A DNA stretch of 64,000 bases from the NCBI GenBank assembly GCA_017881685.1, contig JADGQR010000060.1, forward strand, positions 1,370 to 65,369, given 5' to 3'. The stretch comes from Gemmatimonadaceae bacterium (lineage in GTDB: Bacteria; Gemmatimonadota; Gemmatimonadetes; Gemmatimonadales; Gemmatimonadaceae). Shown piece by piece: positions 59,526 through 64,000 of the stretch (positions are counted from its first letter, which is position 1; each line of letters begins with the position of its first letter). Position numbers and translations under genes: made by a program. The notes under the pieces were generated by a model, which did not search any database, was not told the origin of the DNA, and saw nothing but the letters and a program-made list of their open reading frames with translations.

Positions 59526-61463
59526 ATGCCAGCCAACCATCATCCGCGCTCGATCGAAGCACACTTTGATGTAATCGTAGTCGGCGCCGGCCATGCCGGA
59601 ACCGAAGCCGCCGTTGGCGCATCGCGCACCGGTGCACAGGTGGGCCTCGTTACGAGCTCTCTCGAAACAATCGGACAGATGTCCTGCAACCCCGCTATCG
59701 GAGGAGTTGCCAAGGGTACTGTCGTCCGGGAAGTAGACGCACTTGGTGGCATCATGGGCCGGGCGACCGATATGGCGATGGTTCAGTTTCGGATGCTGAA
59801 TCGCAGCAAAGGACCTGCCGTTTGGGCCCCGCGAGCCCAATGCGACCGCGGTCTGTACCGGCGTGCCGCTCGCACACTCATAGAACAACATGATCGCATT
59901 CAGACAATTCAGGGAACTGTCGCTCGTCTTCTGTTCGACCCGACAGGTGCTGTTGCCGGAATAGAAACCCTCGAAGGACGAGCCTTTTCCGCACGTTGTG
60001 TTGTCATCACGACAGGCACGTTTCTCCGCGGACGAATTCACATCGGAACTGATACGAACCTTGCCGGCGGAAGAGCCGGAGAGTCATCCACCACCCACCT
60101 GGCAGAACAGCTAGAGAAGGCTGGACTCGAAGTCTCTCGCTTCAAGACTGGAACGCCGCCGCGAATCGATGGTCGCTCGGTGGATTTCTCCAAGATGGAG
60201 AGACAGGAAAGCGAGATTGAACAGTTCGATTATTCCTGGTCTCATTTCTGGGACGAGAATGCCACCGATCGTGCTGATCGTCACCCTGCTCAGCTGCCAT
60301 GCTGGATAGCGCATGTCGATGCGCCAGCCAAGCAGATTGTTCACGAGAACATCGGGCAATCCGCGATGTATGGCGGAGCAATAACCGCCAGAGGTCCTCG
60401 CTACTGTCCATCGATTGAAGACAAGATTGTCCGATTTCCCGACGCCGCGAGACATCAGCTTTTCCTTGAGCCTGAAGGTCACGATACGTCAGAGCTCTAC
60501 GTTAACGGCCTTTCGACTTCACTTCCCGCTGAGATTCAGCTCGAGATTCTGAAGACAATCCCCGGTCTCGAAAACGTACGGATGAATCGCGCGGGCTATG
60601 CGATCGAGTACGACTACTATCCCCCCACCCAGCTCGACCCAACGCTGCAGGTAAAAGCCATTCATGGCCTGTATTTCGCCGGCCAGATCAATGGCACAAC
60701 TGGCTATGAGGAAGCAGCGGGACAGGGAACGCTTGCAGGAATCAATGCTGGACTCGCTGCAACAAATCGAGACGAGCTCATGCTCGGCAGAGAGACTTCC
60801 TACATCGGAGTTCTTGCGGACGATCTCGTCACGTGTGGTGTCGACGAGCCGTATAGACTTTTCACATCGCGCTCGGAATTCCGTCTTACTGTGCGACAGG
60901 ACAATGCGCTCATGAGACTTGGCGAAATTGCACTGCGTCTCGGTCTCTACACTCCGGCAGAAAAGGAAATCGCTCTACGCCGGCTCACTGAAATACAACA
61001 AATTCACGAAGCAGCGTCAACTGTGAGCATCGGTCCGCTATCAGCCAATCCGCTGCTGATCGCTGTCGGCACGACACCAATTCCCCACTCGGTTAAAGTC
61101 GTCGAGCTTGCACGACGTCATGGCGTATCATTGTTCGAACTTTTCGATGCAGCGGCTGTCACAACTCGATTTTCCGCCGAGGGAATGATCTCTGCCGAAC
61201 TTGAGATCAAGTACGCCGGATACTTCGAACGTGAACGTGCTCAGGCAGATCGAATCAGGCAGATGGGAGATTTTCCAATTCCTCCCGATCTGCCTTACTC
61301 CGAGATGAACTCGTTGTCCCACGAGGCAAGACAGAAGCTCGGCGCAATTCAGCCACGGACTCTTGCTCAGGCATCAAGAATTCCGGGAGTGAGCCCAAGC
61401 GATATTCAGAACCTGGTAATCGAAGTCAGCAGAAGGCGAGTGCCCGCAGGAGTGGAAGGCTAG
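59526..61463 (+). CDS. mnmG: tRNA uridine-5-carboxymethylaminomethyl modification enzyme
   Basis: [53 protein letters not shown]. Confidence 0.98.
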   Translation: MPANHHPRSIEAHFDVIVVGAGHAGTEAAVGASRTGAQVGLVTSSLETIGQMSCNPAIGGVAKGTVVREVDALGGIMGRATDMAMVQFRMLNRSKGPAVWAPRAQCDRGLYRRAARTLIEQHDRIQTIQGTVARLLFDPTGAVAGIETLEGRAFSARCVVITTGTFLRGRIHIGTDTNLAGGRAGESSTTHLAEQLEKAGLEVSRFKTGTPPRIDGRSVDFSKMERQESEIEQFDYSWSHFWDENATDRADRHPAQLPCWIAHVDAPAKQIVHENIGQSAMYGGAITARGPRYCPSIEDKIVRFPDAARHQLFLEPEGHDTSELYVNGLSTSLPAEIQLEILKTIPGLENVRMNRAGYAIEYDYYPPTQLDPTLQVKAIHGLYFAGQINGTTGYEEAAGQGTLAGINAGLAATNRDELMLGRETSYIGVLADDLVTCGVDEPYRLFTSRSEFRLTVRQDNALMRLGEIALRLGLYTPAEKEIALRRLTEIQQIHEAASTVSIGPLSANPLLIAVGTTPIPHSVKVVELARRHGVSLFELFDAAAVTTRFSAEGMISAELEIKYAGYFERERAQADRIRQMGDFPIPPDLPYSEMNSLSHEARQKLGAIQPRTLAQASRIPGVSPSDIQNLVIEVSRRRVPAGVEG

Positions 61464-62359
61464 ACCGCGACATCTTCACCGCGTTCGCTGCTCTGCTCCA
61501 GAATTATCACTGCTGCTGCGATTAGAAGACCCCCACTGATTACCGCAATCGTCAACGATTGCTCTAGAACCACCGCTCCAAGGATTGCTGTAAAGAAAGG
61601 CTCGACTGTTGCGATGATCGATGTTCGCACGGGGCCGAGTGTTCGCAGGCCCGCCATCAGACCTCCAAAGGCCAGCACAGTTCCAATGATCGCCAGAAAC
61701 ACCAGGTATACCCAGATGCGAGGACTAACCGGAAGTTTGAGCTCTCCTGTCAGAAGACCCACGAAGAGAAACGTGGCTGCAATACCCGACACAATATAAA
61801 AAGACGACAGAAGTGCAGGCAGCTGTTCCTGCGCATCGTGAATCAGCGGCAGATAGATCGCGTACAGGAAAGCCGTCCCAAGAGCCATCACAATGCCGAC
61901 AGAACTCAACGCCTTGGCGCTTGGCATTCCGACCATTATGGCTATTCCGGACATTGCCATTGCGAGCGCAATCACTCGTGGCCTGGTGAAAGCCTCTCTG
62001 CCTCGCACCGCAGAGATTATTGCAACCCACGCTGGGTAGGTGTAGAAGAGAAAGGCAAGCGCGCCGACTGGCAGATAGTCGAGAGACTTGAACGAGAGAT
62101 ACGAGATTATAGCTTGTCCGATCCCACCTATCGCCATGAGGCGCCATGCAGTTCGGTCGAGGGAACGGCTCGATCGACTATGCCACGTCAGTACGAAAAG
62201 CACTCCGGCGGCAAGACAGAAACGCCAGAAGATCACATTGACGAGGGAAAGGCCAGCTTGCATCGCCAGCAGCGTCAGTGTCGTCAACGACCCGAAACAG
62301 CAGGCAGAGAAGGCAATCAGGAGAGTTGCCTGAAATACCGGATTGCGGGTTGAGCTCAT
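61460..62359 (-). CDS. EamA/DMT family transporter
   Basis: About 10 TMs in two EamA repeats; FYTYP, ATVEP. Confidence 0.9.
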   Translation of the reverse strand: MSSTRNPVFQATLLIAFSACCFGSLTTLTLLAMQAGLSLVNVIFWRFCLAAGVLFVLTWHSRSSRSLDRTAWRLMAIGGIGQAIISYLSFKSLDYLPVGALAFLFYTYPAWVAIISAVRGREAFTRPRVIALAMAMSGIAIMVGMPSAKALSSVGIVMALGTAFLYAIYLPLIHDAQEQLPALLSSFYIVSGIAATFLFVGLLTGELKLPVSPRIWVYLVFLAIIGTVLAFGGLMAGLRTLGPVRTSIIATVEPFFTAILGAVVLEQSLTIAVISGGLLIAAAVIILEQSSERGEDVAV

Positions 62360-62481
62360 GCGAGAATCTATGCTCGCAACGGACACATCGGTTTCTCACT
62401 GGCCTGCGGTTCGAGAGCAGAGCATCTTGTTCGTTCGCTGCGTTAGTGTCGCGGACAGCCTGTACCAGGAGTCGCATTACA

Positions 62482-63471
62482 GTGACATCATCGACGTTCA
62501 CCGAGATGCCGGCTATCGATCGTGCATCTCTCCAAAGCGCTCTCGAAGATCCTTCGAAAGATCTTGGCTTCGGCTCTGAAGTAGCACGAGGCAGTCATAA
62601 GCGCCTGCTGAACCGCGATGGATCTTTCAATGTCGCGAGATACGGTCTTACTCCGTTTTCTTCGCTCAGTATTTATCACTGGTCACTTTCCACATCATGG
62701 CCGCGATTCCTTGGCATGCTCGCGGTTGCGTACCTGGGCATAAATACTCTTTTCGCGTTCGGCTACATCCTGTGCGGAATCGATGCACTCCAGGGCGAAG
62801 CCGTCACTGGGAGCACAGAGATATTCTTGCGCGCTTTTTTCTTCAGCGTGCAGACGTTCGCGACAATCGGCTACGGTCATGTAATCGCAAATGGGACGAC
62901 CGCGAATCTCCTGGTTACACTCGAGGCGTTTCTCAACATCGTCGGCGTTGCTTTGTCGACGGGAGTCGTGTTCGCACGATTCTCACGGCCCACGGCAAAG
63001 ATCATTTACAGCCACCATGCCGTGATCGCTCCGTATAAAGGCATCACCGCGTTGGAGTTTCGAATCGCAAACGCGCGAACGAGTCAAATCATAGAGCTCG
63101 AAGCCAAAGTCATCTTGAGTCGAATCGAGGCTACGAGTGAGGGTCTTGTCCGGAAGTTTCGGGACCTTCGCCTCGAGCGCACTCATGTCACATTCTTCCC
63201 TCTAAGCTGGACACTTGTCCATCCGATCGACGAAAATAGTCCGCTTGTCGGAATGAATGACGAAGACCTTGCAGAGACCAATGCCGAGATATTGATCCTT
63301 CTCACCGGCACGGATGAGACATCGTCACAGACCGTTCATTCGCGGTCGTCCTACAAGGCCGAGGAGATTATCTGGAATGCATCCTTTGCTCCGATCTTCA
63401 AGCGAAGCAGGGAAGACGGAATTCTGGGGATGGATGTGGGCAGGATCCATGACGTAAGTCGCCTGGGGTAA
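62482..63471 (+). CDS. Inward-rectifier potassium channel (KirBac)
   Basis: FFFSVQTFATIGYG filter, FARFSRP, WTLVHPIDENSPL; GTG 62482 with AGGAG SD (alternative ATG 62506). Confidence 0.93.
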   Translation: MTSSTFTEMPAIDRASLQSALEDPSKDLGFGSEVARGSHKRLLNRDGSFNVARYGLTPFSSLSIYHWSLSTSWPRFLGMLAVAYLGINTLFAFGYILCGIDALQGEAVTGSTEIFLRAFFFSVQTFATIGYGHVIANGTTANLLVTLEAFLNIVGVALSTGVVFARFSRPTAKIIYSHHAVIAPYKGITALEFRIANARTSQIIELEAKVILSRIEATSEGLVRKFRDLRLERTHVTFFPLSWTLVHPIDENSPLVGMNDEDLAETNAEILILLTGTDETSSQTVHSRSSYKAEEIIWNASFAPIFKRSREDGILGMDVGRIHDVSRLG

Positions 63472-63549
63472 ACCTGGACCGGGGTGTGCAAGTTTTCGAG
63501 TGTGGAACGTCATTAGGGAGTACATCTCAAACCAACAAAGGGAAACAAA

Positions 63550-64000
63550 ATGAACCGGTTTCTTGCAATATTTGGCCTTATTTCACAGCCATTATTGGCA
63601 CAGAATAACGCCAATATAGTGACACCACCGCAGATTTCTGTTGCGTCGAGAGGTGAGGTTAAGGTAAATCCTGACCGGGCGACTATACAAATCAGCGTGC
63701 AGACCAAGTCACCAACTGCAGCTGCAGCGGCTGCTGAGAACGCCTTAAAACAGAAGGCCGTGATCGACGCATTGAAAGGGCTCGGGCTTCACGATACTGA
63801 CATTTCCACGACCGACTACAGTATCAATCCCGAACAGCGATACGAGCCGAACAAAGAGCCAGTCGTAGTCGGATACACGGTGACCAACACACTTTCCGTC
63901 GAAGTAGCGTCGCTCAAGCTGGTGGGCCCGGTGATCGATGCTTCCCTTGCCAAGGGCGCGAACATAATCAACTCGCTTCAATTCTCAGCCTCGAACACCG
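63550..64000 (+). CDS. SIMPL (DUF541) periplasmic protein, 5' part (runs off window)
   Basis: Translated by hand: MNRFLAIFGL...ISVASRGEVKVNPDRATIQISV...GYTVTN...GANIINSLQF. Confidence 0.85.
   Translation, partial: MNRFLAIFGLISQPLLAQNNANIVTPPQISVASRGEVKVNPDRATIQISVQTKSPTAAAAAAENALKQKAVIDALKGLGLHDTDISTTDYSINPEQRYEPNKEPVVVGYTVTNTLSVEVASLKLVGPVIDASLAKGANIINSLQFSASNT

Noticed and set aside
59526-61463. mnmG as a marker of oriC proximity
   Set aside because: No rsmG, parAB, dnaA or DnaA-box cluster in the window
1-64000. tRNA (including tRNA-Sec), rRNA, CRISPR, IS or prophage
   Set aside because: Intergenic gaps are short and none showed cloverleaf, repeat-spacer or transposase signatures by eye; tRNAscan-SE/Infernal would be decisive

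Overview
Gene-dense, GC-rich bacterial chromosomal segment. The protein families suggest Gemmatimonadota, but this is an inference from recall, not a database result. No rRNA, tRNA, CRISPR array, IS, integrase or prophage was recognised. Main blocks: alpha/beta hydrolase + MerR-like HTH; a doubly disrupted DUF1624 pseudogene, lhr and cls; an orphan plasmid-type replication initiator; S41 protease, SPFH protein and two small Zn-ribbon proteins; csp, ku-ligD (NHEJ) and an NrtR-like regulator; desaturase-yggX-nagZ; an aldo/keto reductase; a thioredoxin-NHL gene; a histone H1-like protein; argR/argCBD/argGH with ARG boxes; a second csp; ispG; an HD hydrolase and fRMsr; a Wzc-like pseudokinase; a blue-copper lipoprotein; a complete his operon; an M16 peptidase pair; murB; ABC-F; mnmG; EamA; KirBac; and a partial SIMPL gene. 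Best discovery: the thioredoxin-NHL gene extends 52 codons upstream of the ORF-track call, through an in-frame TGA at the catalytic Cys position (DFWTYG-U-INC). A bacterial SECIS-type hairpin follows, so it is a probable unannotated selenoprotein. Other hidden elements: a His-leader attenuator, a perfect Rex/CRP-type operator, operator palindromes, putative beta-clamp-binding motifs, a probable CTG start and recurrent leaderless-promoter signatures.
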